DNA from: Eledone cirrhosa
Lineage: Eukaryota
DNA: 64,000 bases
Assembly: GCA_964016885.1 (NCBI GenBank)
Contig: OZ024744.1
Coordinates: 27,838,001-27,902,000, forward strand
Direction: 5' to 3'
Each line of letters begins with the position of its first letter. Positions within the stretch are counted from its first letter, which is position 1. The notes beneath the pieces are model-generated. The model was not told the DNA's origin. It made no database searches and saw only the letters and a program-made list of their open reading frames with translations. A program made the translations under genes and the position numbers. This document shows, in pieces, positions 1 to 13,959 of the stretch.

Positions 1-3000
1 TTGTCGCTGTTATAACTGTTATTGTCACTGTTGTTGTTGTCGCTGTTATAACTCTTATTGTCACTGTTGTTGTTGTTGTCGTCGTTGTTATCACTGTTAT
101 TGTCATTATTTTTGTTGTCGCTGTTATCACTGTTATTGTAATTGTTGGTGTTGTTGTCGCTGTTATCACTGTTATTGTCCCTGTTGTTGTTGTCGCTGTT
201 ATAAATGTTATTGTCACTATTGCTTTTGTTGTTGTCGCTCTTATCACTCTTATTGTCATTGCTGTTGTTGTTCTCGCTGCTATCCCTGTTATTGTCATTG
301 TTGTTGTTGTTGTACTCGCTGTTATCACTGTTATTGTCATTGTTGTTGTTGTGGTCGCTGTTATCACTGTTATTGTCAGTGTTGTTGTTGTTGTTCTCGC
401 TGTTATCACTGTTGTCGTCACTGTTGTTGTTGTTGTTGTCGCTGTTATAACTGTTATTGTCGCTGTTATAACTGTTATTGTCATTGTTGTTGTTGTCACT
501 GTTATCACTGTTATTGACACTGTTGTTGCTGTTGTTCTCGCTGTTATCACTGTTATTGTCACTGTTGTTGTTGTTGTTCTCGCTGTTACCACTGTTATTG
601 TCAATGTTGTTGTTGTCGCTGTTATAACTGTTATTGTCACTGTTGTTGTTGTTGTCGCTGTTATAACTCTTATTGTCACTGTTGTTGTTGTAGTTGTCGT
701 TGTTATCACTGTAATTGTCATTATTGTTATTGTCGTAGTTATCACTGTTATTGTCATTGTTGTTGTTGTTGTTGTCGTCGCTGTTATCACTTTTATTGTC
801 ACTGTTTTTGTTGTTGTCGCTTCTATAACTGTTATTTTCACTATTGCTGTTGTTGTCGCTATTATCACTCCTATTGTCATTGTTGTTGTTGTCGCTGTTA
901 TCACTGTTATTGTCACTGTTGTTGTTCTCGCTGTTATAACTGTTATTCTCACTGTTGTTGTTGTTCTCGCTGTTATCACTGGTATTGACACTGTTGTTGT
1001 TTTTATTGTCGCTGTTATAACTGTTATTGTCACTGTTGTTATTGTTGTTGTCGCTGTTATTACTGTTTTTGTTACTGTTGTTGTTGTTGTTCTCGCTGTT
1101 ATCACTGTTATTGTCACTGTTGTTGTTCTTCTCGCTGTTATCACTGTTATTGTCATTGTTGTTGTTGTTGTGTTCGCTGTTATAACTGTTATTGTCATTG
1201 TTGTTGTTGTTGTCGCTGTTATCACTGTTATTGTCACTGTTGTTGTTGTCGCTGGTATAACTGTTATTGTCACTGTTGTTTTTGTTGTTTGCGCTGTTAT
1301 CACTGTTATTGTCACTGTTGTTGTTGTCGCTGTTATAACTGTTATTGTCATTGTTGTTGTTGTTGTCACTGTTATCACTGTTATTGTCACCGTTGTTGTT
1401 GTTCTCGCTGTTATCACTGTTATTGTCCTTGTTGTTGTCGCTGTTATCACTGTTATTGTCACTGTTGCTGTTGTTGTCGCTGTTATCTCTGTTATTGTCA
1501 TTGTTGTTGTCGCTGTTATAACTGTTATTGTCATTGTTGTTGTTGTTGATGCTGTTATAACTGTTACTGTCATTGTTGTTGTTGTCGCTGTTATCACTGT
1601 TATTTTCACTGTTGTTGTTGTTGTTGTCGCTGTTATCACTGTTATTGTCACTGTTGTTGTTGTTGTCACTGTTATAAATGTTATAGTCACTGTTGTCGTT
1701 GTTGTCGCTATTATCACTGTTATTGTCACTGTTGTTGTTGTTGTTGTTGTCGCTGTCATAACTGTTCTTTTCACTGTTGTTGTTGTTGTTGTTGTTGTCG
1801 CTGTCATAACTGTTATTGTCACTGTTGTTGTCGCTGTTATAACTCTTATTGTCACTGTTGTTGTTGTCGCTGTTATCATTGTTATTGTCATTGTCGTTGT
1901 TGTCGCGTTTATAACTGTTATTGTCATTATTGTTGTTGTTGTCGCTGTTATAACTGTTATTGTCACTGTTGTTGTTGTTGCTGTCGGTGTTATAACTGTT
2001 ATTGTCACTGTTGTTATTGTTGTTGTCGCTGTTATAACTGTTATTGTCACTGTTGTTGTTGTTGTTGTTCTCGCTGTTATCACTGTTATTGTCATTGTTG
2101 TTCTTGTCGCTGTTATCACTGTTATTGTCACTGTTGTTGTTGTTCTCGCTGTTATCACTGTTATTGTCACTGTTATTGTTCTTCTCGCTGTTATCACTGT
2201 TATTGTCATTGTTGTTGTTGTTGTGTTCGCTGTTATAACTGTTATTGTCATTGTTGTTCTTGTTGTTGTCGCTGTTATCACTGTTATTGTCACTGTTGTT
2301 GTCGCTGGTATAACTGTTATTGTCACTGTTGTTTTTGTTGTTGTCGCTGTTATCACTGTTATTGTCACTGTTGTTGTTGTCGCTGTTATAACTGTTATTG
2401 TCACTGTTGTTGTTGTTGTCACTGTTATCACTGTTATTGTCACTGTTGTTGTTCTCGCTGTTATCACTGTTATTGTCATTGTTGTTGTTGTCGCTGTTAT
2501 CACTGTTATTGTCACTGTTGCTGTTGTTGTCGCTGTTATCTCTGTTATTCTCATTTTTGTTGTCGCTGTTATAACTGTTATTGTCATTGTTGTTGTTGTT
2601 GTTGCTGTTATAACTGTTTCTGTCATTGTTGTTGTTGTTGCCGCTGTAATCACTGTTATTTTCATTGTTGTTGTCGCTGTTATCACTGTTATTGTCACTG
2701 TTGTTGTTGTTGTTGTCGATTTTATCACTGTTATTGTCACTGTTGTTGTTGTTGTTGTTGCTGTCATAACTGTTCTTTTCACTGTTGTTGTTGTTGTTGT
2801 TGTCCCTGTTATAACTGTTATTGTCACTGTTGTTGTCGCTGTTATAACTCTTATTGTCACTGTTGTTGTTGTTGTCGCTGTTATCACTGTTATTGTCACA
2901 GTTGTTGTCGCTGTTATAACTGTTATTGTCACTGTTGTTGTTGTTGCTGTCGGTGTTATAACTGTTATTAGTTACTGTTGTTGTTGTTGTTGTTCTCGCT

Positions 3001-5250
3001 GTTACCACTGTTATTGTCAATGTTGTTGTTGTTGTCGCTGTTATAACTGTTATTGTCACTGTTGTTGTTGTTGTCGCTGTTATAAATCTTATTGTCACTG
3101 TTGTTGTTGTTGTTGTTGTCGTTGTTATCACTGTTATTGTCATTATTGTTATTGTCGCTGTTATCACTGTTATTGTCATTGTTGTTGTTGTTGTTGTTGT
3201 CGCTGTTATCACTGTTATTGTCACTGTTGTTGTTGTTGTCGCTTCTATAACTGTTATTGTCACTATTGCTGTTGTTGTTGTCGCTGTTATCACTCTTATT
3301 GTCATTGTTGTTGTCGCTGTTATCACTGTTATTGTCACTGTTGTTGTTCTCGCTGTTATAACTGTTATTCTCACTGCTGTTGTTCTGGCTGTTATCACTG
3401 GTATTGACACTGTTGTTGTTTTTATTGTCGCTGTTAGAACTGTTATTGTCACTGTTGTTATTGTTGTTGTCGCTGTTATAACTGTTATTGTCACTGTTGT
3501 TGTTGTTGTTCTCGCTGTTATCACTGCTATTGTCATTGTTGTTGTTGTCGCTGTTATCACTGTTATTGTCATTGTTGTTGTCGCTGTAATCATTGTTATT
3601 GTCACTGTTGTTGTTGTTCTCGCTGTTATCACTGTTATTGTCACTGTTGTTGTTGTTCCCGCTGTTATCACTTATTGTCATTGTTGTTGTCGCTGTTATC
3701 ACTGTTATTGTCACTGTTGCTCTTGTTGTCGCTGTTATCTCTGTTATTGTCATTGTTGTTGTTGCTGTTATAACTGTTACTGTCACTGTTGTTGTTGTTC
3801 ACGCTGTTATAACTGTTATTGTCACTGTTGTTGTTGTTGCTGTCGCTGTTATCACTGTTATTGTCATTGTTGCTGTTGTACTCGCTGTTATCACTGTTAT
3901 TGTTGTTGTTGTAGTGGCTGTTATCACTGTTATTGTCACTGTTGTTGTCGCTGTTATCACTGTTATTTTCATTGTTGTTGTTGTTGTTCTCTCTGTTATC
4001 ACTGTTATTGTCACTGTTATTGTCACTGTTGTTGTTGTTCTCGCTGTTATAACTGTTATTGTGACTGTTGTTGTTGTTTATGTTATAACTGTTATTGTCA
4101 TTGTTGTTGTTGTTGTCGCTGTTATCACTGTTATTAACACTGTTGTTGTTGTTGTTCTCGCTGTTATCACTGTTATTGTCACTGTTGTTGTTGCTGTTGT
4201 CGCTGTCATAACTCTTATTGTCACTGTTGTTGTTGTCGTTGTTATCACTGTTATTGTCATTATTGTTATTGTCGCTGTTATCAATGTTATTGTCATTGTT
4301 GTTGTTATTGTTGTTCTCGCTGTTATCACTGGTATTGACACTGTTGTTGTTGTTGTCGCTGTTATAACTGTTATTGTCTCTGTTCATGTTGTTGTTGTCG
4401 CTGTTATAACTGTTATTGTCACTGTTGTTGTTGTCGCTGTTATAACTCTTATTGTCACTGTTGTTGTTGTTGTCGTCGTTGTTATCATTGTTATTTTCAT
4501 TATTGTTGTTGTCGCTGTTATCACTGTTATTGTCATTGTTGTTGTTGTTGTCGCTGTTATCACTGTTATTGTCCCTGTTGTTGTTGTCGCTGCTATAACT
4601 GTTATTGTCACTATTGCTTTTGTTGTTGTCGCTCTTATCACTCTTATTGTAATTGTTGTTGTTGTTCTCGCTGCTATCCCTGTTATTGTCATTGTTGTTG
4701 TTGTTGTACTCGCTGTTATCACTGTTATTGTCATTGTTGTTGTTGTTGTCGCTGTTATCACTGTTATTGTCACTGTTGTTTTTGTTGTTGTCGCTGTTAT
4801 CACTGTTATTTTCATTGTTTTTGTTGTTGTTCTCGCATTTATCACTGTTATTGTCAGTGTTGTTGTTCTTGTTCTCGCTGTTATCACTGTCGTCGTCACT
4901 GTTGTTGTTGTTGTCGCTGTTATAACTGTTATTGTGACTGTTGTTGTTGTTGTTGTCGCTGTTATAACTGTTATTGTCATTGTTGTTGTTGTCGCTGTTA
5001 TCACTGTTATTGACACTGTTGTTGCTTTTGTTCTCGCTGTTATCACTGTTATTGTCACTGTTGTTGTTGTTCTCGCTGTTACCAATGTTATTGTCAATGT
5101 TGTTGTTGTTGTCGCTGTTATAACTGTTATTGTCACTGTTGTTGTTGTTGTCGCTGTTATAACTGTTATTGTCACTGTTGTTGTTGTTGTTGTCGTTGTT
5201 ATCACTGTTATTGTCATTATTGTTATTGTCGCTGTTATCACTGTTATTGT

Positions 5251-5254
<4 letters not shown>

Positions 5255-5287
<33 letters not shown>
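5255..5287 (+). repeat. (GTT)11, the longest pure microsatellite run noticed
   Basis: Direct count of 11 GTT units between ATT and GTC GCT. Confidence 0.85.
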
Positions 5288-5289
<2 letters not shown>

Positions 5290-5854
5290 CGCTGTTATCA
5301 CTGTTATTGTCACTGTTGTTGTTGTTGTCGCTTCTATAACTGTTATTGTCACTATTGCTGTTGTTGTTGTCGCTGTTATCACTGTTATTGTCACTGTTGT
5401 TGTTCTCGCTGTTATAACTGTTATTCTCACTGTTGTTGTTCTCGCTGTTATCAATGGTATTGACACTGTTGTTGTTTTTATTGTCGCTGTTAGAACTGTT
5501 ATTGTCACTGTTGTTATTGTTGTTGTCGCTGTTATAACTGTTATTGTCACTGTTGTTGTTGTTGTTGTTGTCGCTGTTATCACTGTTATTGTCATTGTTG
5601 TTGTTGTCGCTGTTATCACTGTTATTGTCATTGTTGTTGTTGTCGCTGTTATCACTGTTATTGTCACTGTTGTTGTTGTTCTCGCTGTTATCACTGTTAT
5701 TGTCACTGTTGTTGTTCTTCTCGCTGTTATCACTGTTATTGTCATTGTTGTTGTTGTTGTGTTCGCTGTTATATCTGTTATTGTCATTGTTGTTGTTGTT
5801 GTTGTTGTCGCTGTTATCACTGTTATTGTCACTGTTGTTGTTGTCGCTGGTATA

Positions 5855-8800
5855 ACTGTTATTGTCACTGTTGTTTTTGTTGTTGTCGCTGTTATCACTG
5901 TTATTGTCAATGTTGTTGTTGTCGCTGTTATAACTGTTATTGTCACTGTTGTTGTTGTCACTGTTATCACTCTTATTGTCACTGTTGTTGTTGTTCTCGC
6001 TGTTATCACTGTTATTGTCACTGTTGCTGTTGTTGTCGCTGTTATCTCTGTTATTGTCATTGTTGTTGTCGCTGTCATAACTGTTATTGTCATTGTTGTT
6101 GTTGTTGTTGCTGTTATAACTGTTACTGTCATTGTTGTAGTTGTTGTCGCTGTTATCACTGTTATTATCATTGTTGTTGTTGTCGCTGTTATCACTGTTA
6201 TTGTCACTGTTGTTGTTGTTGTCGCTGTTATCACTGTTATTGTCACTGTTGTTGTTGTTGTCACTGTTATAAATGTTATTGTCACTGTTGTCGTTGTTGT
6301 CGCTGTTATCACTCTTATTGTCACTGTTGTTGTTGTTGTCGCTGTCATAACTGTTCTTTTCACTGTTGTTGTTGTTGTTGTTGTTGTTATCGCTGTTATC
6401 ACTGTTATTGTCACTGCTGTTGTCGCTGTTATCACTGTTATTGTCACTGTTGTTATTGTTGTTGTTGCTGTTATCACTGTTATTGTCACTGTTGTAGTTG
6501 TTGTCGCTGTTATAACTGTTATTGTCACTGTTGTTGTTGATGCTGTCGCTGTTATCACTGTTATTGTCATTGTTGTTGTTGTTGTGGCTGTTATCACTGT
6601 TATTGTCACTGTTGTTGTCGCTGTTATCACTGTTATTTTCATTGTTGTTGTTGTTGTTCTCTCTGTTATCACTGTTATTGTCACTGTTATTGTCACTGTT
6701 GTTGTTGTTGTTCTTGCTGTTATAATTGTTATTGTGACTGTTGTTGTTGTCGCTGTTATAACTGTTATTGTCATTGTTGTTGTTGTTGTCGCTGTTATCA
6801 CTGTTATTAACACTGTTGTTGTTGTTGTTCACGCTGTTATCACTGTTATTGTCACTGTTGTTGTTGTTGTCGCTGTTATAACTGTTATTGTCACTGTTGT
6901 TGTTGCTGTTGTCGCTGTCATAACTCTTATTGTCACTGTTGTTGTTGTTGTTGTCGTTGTTATCACTGTTATTGTCATTATTGTTGTTCTCGCTGTTATC
7001 ACTGGTATTGACACAGTTGTTGTTGTTGTTGTCGCTGTTATAACTGTTATTGTCTCTGTTGTTGTTGTCGCTGTTATAACTGTTATTGTCACTGTTGTTG
7101 TTGTCGCTGTTATAACTCTTATTGTCACTGTTGTTGCTGTTGTTCTCGCTGTTATCACTGTTATTGTCACTGTTGTTGTTGTTGTTCTCGCTGTTACCAC
7201 TGTTATTGTCAATGTTGTGGTTGTTGTCGCTGTTATAACTGTTATTGTCACTGTTGTTGTTGTTGTCGCTGTTATAACTCTTATTGTCACTGTTGTTGTT
7301 GTTGTTGTTGTTATCACTGTAATTGTCATTATTGTTATTGTCGCTGTTATCACTGTTATTGTCATTGTTGTTGTTGTTGTCGTCGGTGTTATCACTTTTA
7401 TTGTCACTGTTTTTGTTGTTGTCGCTTCTATAACTGTTATTTTCACTATTGCTGTTGTTGTCGCTGTTATCACTCCTATTGTCATTGTTGTTGTCGCTGT
7501 TATAACTGTTATTGTCGCTGTTATAACTGTTATTGTCATTGTTGTTGTTGTCACTGTTATCACTGTTATTGACACTGTTGTTGCTGTTGTTCTCGCTGTT
7601 ATCACTGTTATTGTCACTGTTGTTGTTGTTGTTCTCGCTGTTACCACTGTTATTGTCAATGTTGTGGTTGTTGTCGCTGTTATAACTGTTATTGTCACTG
7701 TTGTTGTTGTTGTCGCTGTTATAACTCTTATTGTCACTGTTGTTGTTGTTGTTGTTGTTATCACTGTAATTGTCATTATTGTTATTGTCGCTGTTATCAC
7801 TGTTATTGTCACTGTTGTTGTTGTTGTTGTTGTCGCTGTCATAACTGTTCTTTTCACTGTTGTTGTTGTTGTTGTCGCTGTTATAACTGTTATTGTCACT
7901 GTTGTTGTCGCTGTTATAACTCTTATTGTCACTGTTGTTGTTGTCGCTGTTATCACTGTTATTGTCACAGTTGTTGTTGTCGCTGTTATCATTGTTATTT
8001 TCATTGTCGTTGTTGTCGCTTTTATAACTGTTATTGTCATTATTGTTGTTGTTGTTGTCGCTGTTATAACTGTTATTGTCAGTGTTGTTGTTGCTGTCGG
8101 TGTTATAACTGTTATTGTCACTGTTGTTATTGTTGTTGTCGCTGTTATAACTGTTATTGTCACTGTTGTTGTTGTTGTTGTTCTCGCTGTTATCACTGTT
8201 ATTGTCATTGTTGTTGTTGTCGCTGTTATCACTGTTATTGTCGCTGTTGTTGTTGTTCTCGCTGTTATCACTGTTATCACTGTTATTGTCATTGTTGTTG
8301 TTGTTGTGTTCGCTGTTATAACTGTTATTGTCATTGTTGTTCTTGTTGTTGTCGCTGTTATCACTGTTATTGTCACTGTTGTTGTCGCTGGTATAACTGT
8401 TATTGTCACTGTTGTTTTTGTTGTTGTCGCTGTTATCACTGTTATTGTCACTGTTGTTGTTGTCGCTGTTATAACTGCTATTGTCACTGTTGTTGTTGTT
8501 GTCACTGTTATCACTGTTATTGTCACTGTTGTTGTTCTCGCTGTTATCACTGTTATTGTCATTGCTGTTGTTGTCGCTGTTATCTCTGTTATTGTCATTT
8601 TTGTTGTCGCTGTTATAACTGTTATTTTCATTGTTGTTGTTGTTGTTGCTGTTATAACTGTTACTGTCATTGTTGTTGTTGTTGTTGTCGCTGTAGTCAC
8701 TGTTATTTTCATTGTTGTTGTTGTTGTCGCTGTTATCACTGTTATTGTTGTTGTTGTCGATTTTATCACTGTTATTGTCACTGTTGTTGTTGTTGTTGTC

Positions 8801-11800
8801 GCTGTCATAACTGTTCTTTTCACTGTTGTTGTTGTTGTTGTTGTTGTTGTCGCTGTTATAACTGTTATTGTCATCGTTGTTGTCGCTGTTATAACTCTTA
8901 TTGTCACTGTTGTTGTTGTTGTCGCTGTTATCACTGTTATTGTCACAGTTGTTGTTTTCGCTGTTGTCATTGTTATTATCATTGTCGTTGTTGTCGCTTT
9001 TATAACTGTTATTGTCATTGTAGTTGTTGTTGTCGCTGTTATAACTGTTATTGTCGCTGTTGTTGTTGTTGCTGTCGGTGTTATAACTGTTATTAGTTAC
9101 TGTTGTTGTTGTTCTTCTCGCTGTTACCACTGTTATTGTCAATGTTGTTGTTGTCGCTGTTATAACTGTTATTGTCACTGTTGTTGTTGTTGTTGTCGCT
9201 GTTATAACTCTTATTGTCACCGTTGTTGTTGTTGTTGTTGTCGTTGTTATCACTGTTATTGTCATTATTGTTATTGTCGCTGTTATCACTGTTATTGTCA
9301 TTGTTGTTGTTGTTGTTGTTGTTGTCGATGTTATCACTGTTATTGTCACTGTTGTTGTTGTTGTCGCTTCTATAACTGTTATTGTCACTATTGCTGTTGT
9401 TGTTGTCGCTGTTATCACTCTTATTGTCATTTTGTTGTCGCTGTTATCACTGTTATTGTCACTGTTGTTGATCTCGCTGTTATAACTGTTATTCTCACTG
9501 TTGTTGTTCTGGCTGTTATCACTGGTATTGACACTGTTGTTGTTTTTATTGTCGCTGTTAGAACTGTTATTGTCACTGTTGTTATTGTTGTTGTCGCTGT
9601 TATAACTGTTATTGTCACTGTTGTTGTTGTTCTCGCTGTTATCACTGTTATTGTCATTGTTGTTGTTGTCGCTGTTATCACTGTTATTGTCATTGTTGTT
9701 GTTGTTGTCGCTGTTATCACTGTTATTAACACTGTTGTTGTTGTTGTTCTCGCTGTTATCACTGTTATTGTCACTGTTGTTGTTGTTGTCGCTGTTATAA
9801 CTGTTATTGTCACTTTTGTTGTTGCTGTTGTCGCTGTCATAACTCTTATTGTCACTGTTGTTGTTGTCGTTGTTATCACTGTTATTGTCATTGTCGTTGT
9901 TGTCGCTTTTATAACTGTTATTGTCATTATTGTTGTTGTTGTTGTCGCTGTTATAACTGTTATTGTCACTGTTGTTGTTGTTGCTGTCGGTGTTATAACT
10001 GTTATTGTCACTGTTGTTATTGTTGTTGTCGCTGTTATAACTGTTATTGTCACTGTTGTTGTTGTTGTTGTTCTCGCTGTTATCACTGTTATTGTCATTG
10101 TTGTTGTTGTCGCTGTTATCACTGTTATTGCCACTGTTGTTGTTGTTCTCGCTGTTATCACTGTTATCACTGTTATTGTCATTGTTGTTGTTGTTGTGTT
10201 CGCTGTTATAACTGTTATTGTCATTGTTGTTCTTGTTGTTGTCGCTGTTATCACTGTTATTGTCACTGTTGTTGTCGCTGGTATAACTGTTATTGTCACT
10301 GTTGTTTTTGTTGTTGTCGCTGTTATCACTGTTATTGTCACTGTTGTTGTTGTCGCTGTTATAACTGTTATTGTCACTGTTGTTGTTGTTGTCACTGTTA
10401 TCACTGTTATTGTCACTGTTGTTGTTCTCGCTGTTATCACTGTTATTGTCATTGTTGTTGTTGTCGCTGTTATCACTGTTATTGTCACTGTTGTTTTTGT
10501 TGTTGTCGCTGTTATCACTGTTATTGTCAATGTTGTTGTTGTCGCTGTTATAACTGTTATTGTCACTGTTGTTGTTGTCACTGTTATCACTCTTATTGTC
10601 ACTGTTGTTGTTGTTCTCGCTGTTATCACTGTTATTGTCACTGTTGCTGTTGTTGTCGCTGTTATCTCTGTTATTGTCATTGTTGTTGTCGCTGTCATAA
10701 CTGTTATTGTCATTGTTGTTGTTGTTGTTGCTGTTATAACTGTTACTGTCATTGTTGTAGTTGTTGTCGCTGTTATCACTGTTATTATCATTGTTGTTGT
10801 TGTCGCTGTTATCACTGTTATTGTCACTGTTGTTGTTGTTGTCACTGTTATAAATGTTATTGTCACTGTTGTCGTTGTTGTCGCTGTTATCACTCTTATT
10901 GTCACTGTTGTTGTTGTTGTCGCTGTCATAACTGTTCTTTTCACTGTTGTTGTTGTTGTTGTTGTTGTTATCGCTGTTATCACTGTTATTGTCACTGCTG
11001 TTGTCGCTGTTATCACTGTTATTGTCACTGTTGTTATTGTTGTTGTTGCTGTTATCACTGTTATTGTCACTGTTGTAGTTGTTGTCGCTGTTATAACTGT
11101 TATTGTCACTGTTGTTGTTGATGCTGTAGCTGTTATCACTGTTATTGTCATTGTTGTTGTTGTTGTGGCTGTTATCACTGTTATTGTCACTGTTGTTGTC
11201 GCTGTTATCACTGTTATTTTCATTGTTGTTGTTGTTGTTCTCTCTGTTATCACTGTTATTGTCACTGTTATTGTCACTGTTGTTGTTGTTGTTCTTGCTG
11301 TTATAATTGTTATTGTGACTGTTGTTGTTGTCGCTGTTATAACTGTTATTGTCATTGTTGTTGTTGTTGTCGCTGTTATCACTGTTATTAACACTGTTGT
11401 TGTTGTTGTTCACGCTGTTATCACTGTTATTGTCACTGTTGTTGTTGTTGTCGCTGTTATAACTGTTATTGTCACTGTTGTTGTTGCTGTTGTCGCTGTC
11501 ATAACTCTTATTGTCACTGTTGTTGTTGTTGTTGTCGTTGTTATCACTGTTATTGTCATTATTGTTGTTCTCGCTGTTATCACTGGTATTGACACAGTTG
11601 TTGTTGTTGTTGTCGCTGTTATAACTGTTATTGTCTCTGTTGTTGTTGTCGCTGTTATAACTGTTATTGTCACTGTTGTTGTTGTCGCTGTTATAACTCT
11701 TATTGTCACTGTTGTTGCTGTTGTTCTCGCTGTTATCACTGTTATTGTCACTGTTGTTGTTGTTGTTCTCGCTGTTACCACTGTTATTGTCAATGTTGTG

Positions 11801-12392
11801 GTTGTTGTCGCTGTTATAACTGTTATTGTCACTGTTGTTGTTGTTGTCGCTGTTATAACTCTTATTGTCACTGTTGTTGTTGTTGTTGTTGTTATCACTG
11901 TAATTGTCATTATTGTTATTGTCGCTGTTATCACTGTTATTGTCATTGTTGTTGTTGTTGTCGTCGGTGTTATCACTTTTATTGTCACTGTTTTTGTTGT
12001 TGTCGCTTCTATAACTGTTATTTTCACTATTGCTGTTGTTGTCGCTGTTATCACTCCTATTGTCATTGTTGTTGTCGCTGTTATAACTGTTATTGTCGCT
12101 GTTATAACTGTTATTGTCATTGTTGTTGTTGTCACTGTTATCACTGTTATTGACACTGTTGTTGCTGTTGTTCTCGCTGTTATCACTGTTATTGTCACTG
12201 TTGTTGTTGTTGTTCTCGCTGTTACCACTGTTATTGTCAATGTTGTGGTTGTTGTCGCTGTTATAACTGTTATTGTCACTGTTGTTGTTGTTGTCGCTGT
12301 TATAACTCTTATTGTCACTGTTGTTGTTGTTGTTGTTGTTATCACTGTAATTGTCATTATTGTTATTGTCGCTGTTATCACTGTTATTGTCA
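5855..12392 (+). repeat. About 1.95-kb direct duplication (5855-7811 and 10475-12392), with a further partial copy at about 12870-14230
   Basis: Rare markers appear in the same order (gtcaat 5906/10526/13025; gttcacgct 6827/11408; gtcggtgtt 7382/11963). The offset is 4620 and then 4581 after loss of one 39-bp monomer. Confidence 0.85.
7785..10493 (+). repeat. 2.7-kb block duplicated at 17022-19730 (offset 9237)
   Basis: Markers attagttact (9095/18332) and gtcattttgtt (about 9430/18667), plus identical ORF-track entries 9612..9800 and 18849..19037, are all 9237 apart. Only two substitutions were noticed (near 18058 and 18089). Confidence 0.88.
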
Positions 12393-13959
12393 TTGTTGTT
12401 GTTGTTGTCGTCGCTGTTATCACTTTTATTGTCACTGTTTTTGTTGTTGTCGCTTCTATAACTGTTATTTTCACTATTGCTGTTGTTGTCGCTGTTATCA
12501 CTCCTATTGTCATTGTTGTTGTCGCTGTTATCACTGTTATTGTCACTGTTGTTGTTCTCGCTGTTATAACTGTTATTCTCACTGTTGTTGTTGTTCTCGC
12601 TGTTATCACTGGTATTGACACTGTTGTTGTTTTTATTGTCACTGTTATAACTGTTATTGTCACTGTTGTTATTGTTGTTGTCGCTGTTATAACTGTTATT
12701 GTCACTGTTGTTGTTGATGTTCTCGCTGTTATCACTGTTATTGTCATTGTTGTTGTTGTCGCTGTTATCACTGTTATTGTCACTGTTGTTGTTGTTCTCG
12801 CTGTTATCACTGTTATTGTCACTGTTGTTGTTCTTCTCGCTGTTATCACTGTTATTGTCATTGTTGTTGTTGTTTTGTTCGCTGTTATATCTGTTATTGT
12901 CATTGTTGTTGTTGTTGTTGTTGTTGTCGCTGTTATCACTGTTATTGTCACTGTTGTTGTTTTCGCTGGTATAACTGTTATTGTCACTGTTGTTTTTGTT
13001 GTTGTCGCTGTTATCACTGTTATTGTCAATGTTGTTGTTGTCGCTGTTATAACTGTTATTGTCACTGTTGTTGTTGTCACTGTTATCACTCTTATTGTCA
13101 CTGTTGTTGTTGTTCTCGCTGTTATCACTGTTATTGTCACTGTTGGTGTTGTTGTCGCTGTTATCTCTGTTATTGTCATTGTTGTTGTCGCTGTCATAAC
13201 TGTTATTGTCATTGTTGTTGTTGTTGTTGCTGTTATAACTGTTACTGTCATTGTTGTAGTTGTTGTCGCTGTTATCACTGTTATTATCATTGTTGTTGTT
13301 GTCGCTGTTATCACTGTTATTGTCACTGTTGTTGTTGTTGTCGCTGTTATCACTGTTATTGTCACTGTTGTTGTTGTTGTCACTGTTATAAATGTTATTG
13401 TCACTGTTGTCGTTGTTGTCGCTGTTATCACTCTTATTGTCACTGTTGTTGTTGTTGTCGCTGTCATAACTGTTCTTTTCACTGTTGTTGTTGTTGTTGT
13501 TGTTATCGCTGTTATCACTGTTATTGTCACTGTTGTTGTCGCTGTTATCACTGTTATTGTCACTGTTGTTATTGTTGTTGTTGCTGTTATCACTGTTATT
13601 GTCACTGTTGTAGTTGTTGTCGCTGTTATAACTGTTATTGTCACTGTTGTTGTTGATGCTGTCGCTGTTATCACTGTTATTGTCATTGTTGTTGTTGTTG
13701 TGGCTGTTATCACTGTTATTGTCACTGTTGTTGTCGCTGTTATCACTGTTATTTTCATTGTTGTTGTTGTTGTTCTCTCTGTTATCACTGTTATTGTCAC
13801 TGTTATTGTCACTGTTGTTGTTGTTCTTGCTGTTATAATTGTTATTGTGACTGTTGTTGTTGTCGCTGTTATAACTGTTATTGTCATTGTTGTTGTTGTT
13901 GTTGTCGCTGTTATCACTGTTATTAATACTGTTGTTGTTGTTGTTCACGCTGTTATCAC

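Noticed and set aside
205-450. Short Leu/Ser ORFs resembling signal peptides or transmembrane helices
   Set aside because: This is the TTG reading of the repeat. The ORFs end wherever the ATA-ACT allele creates TAA.
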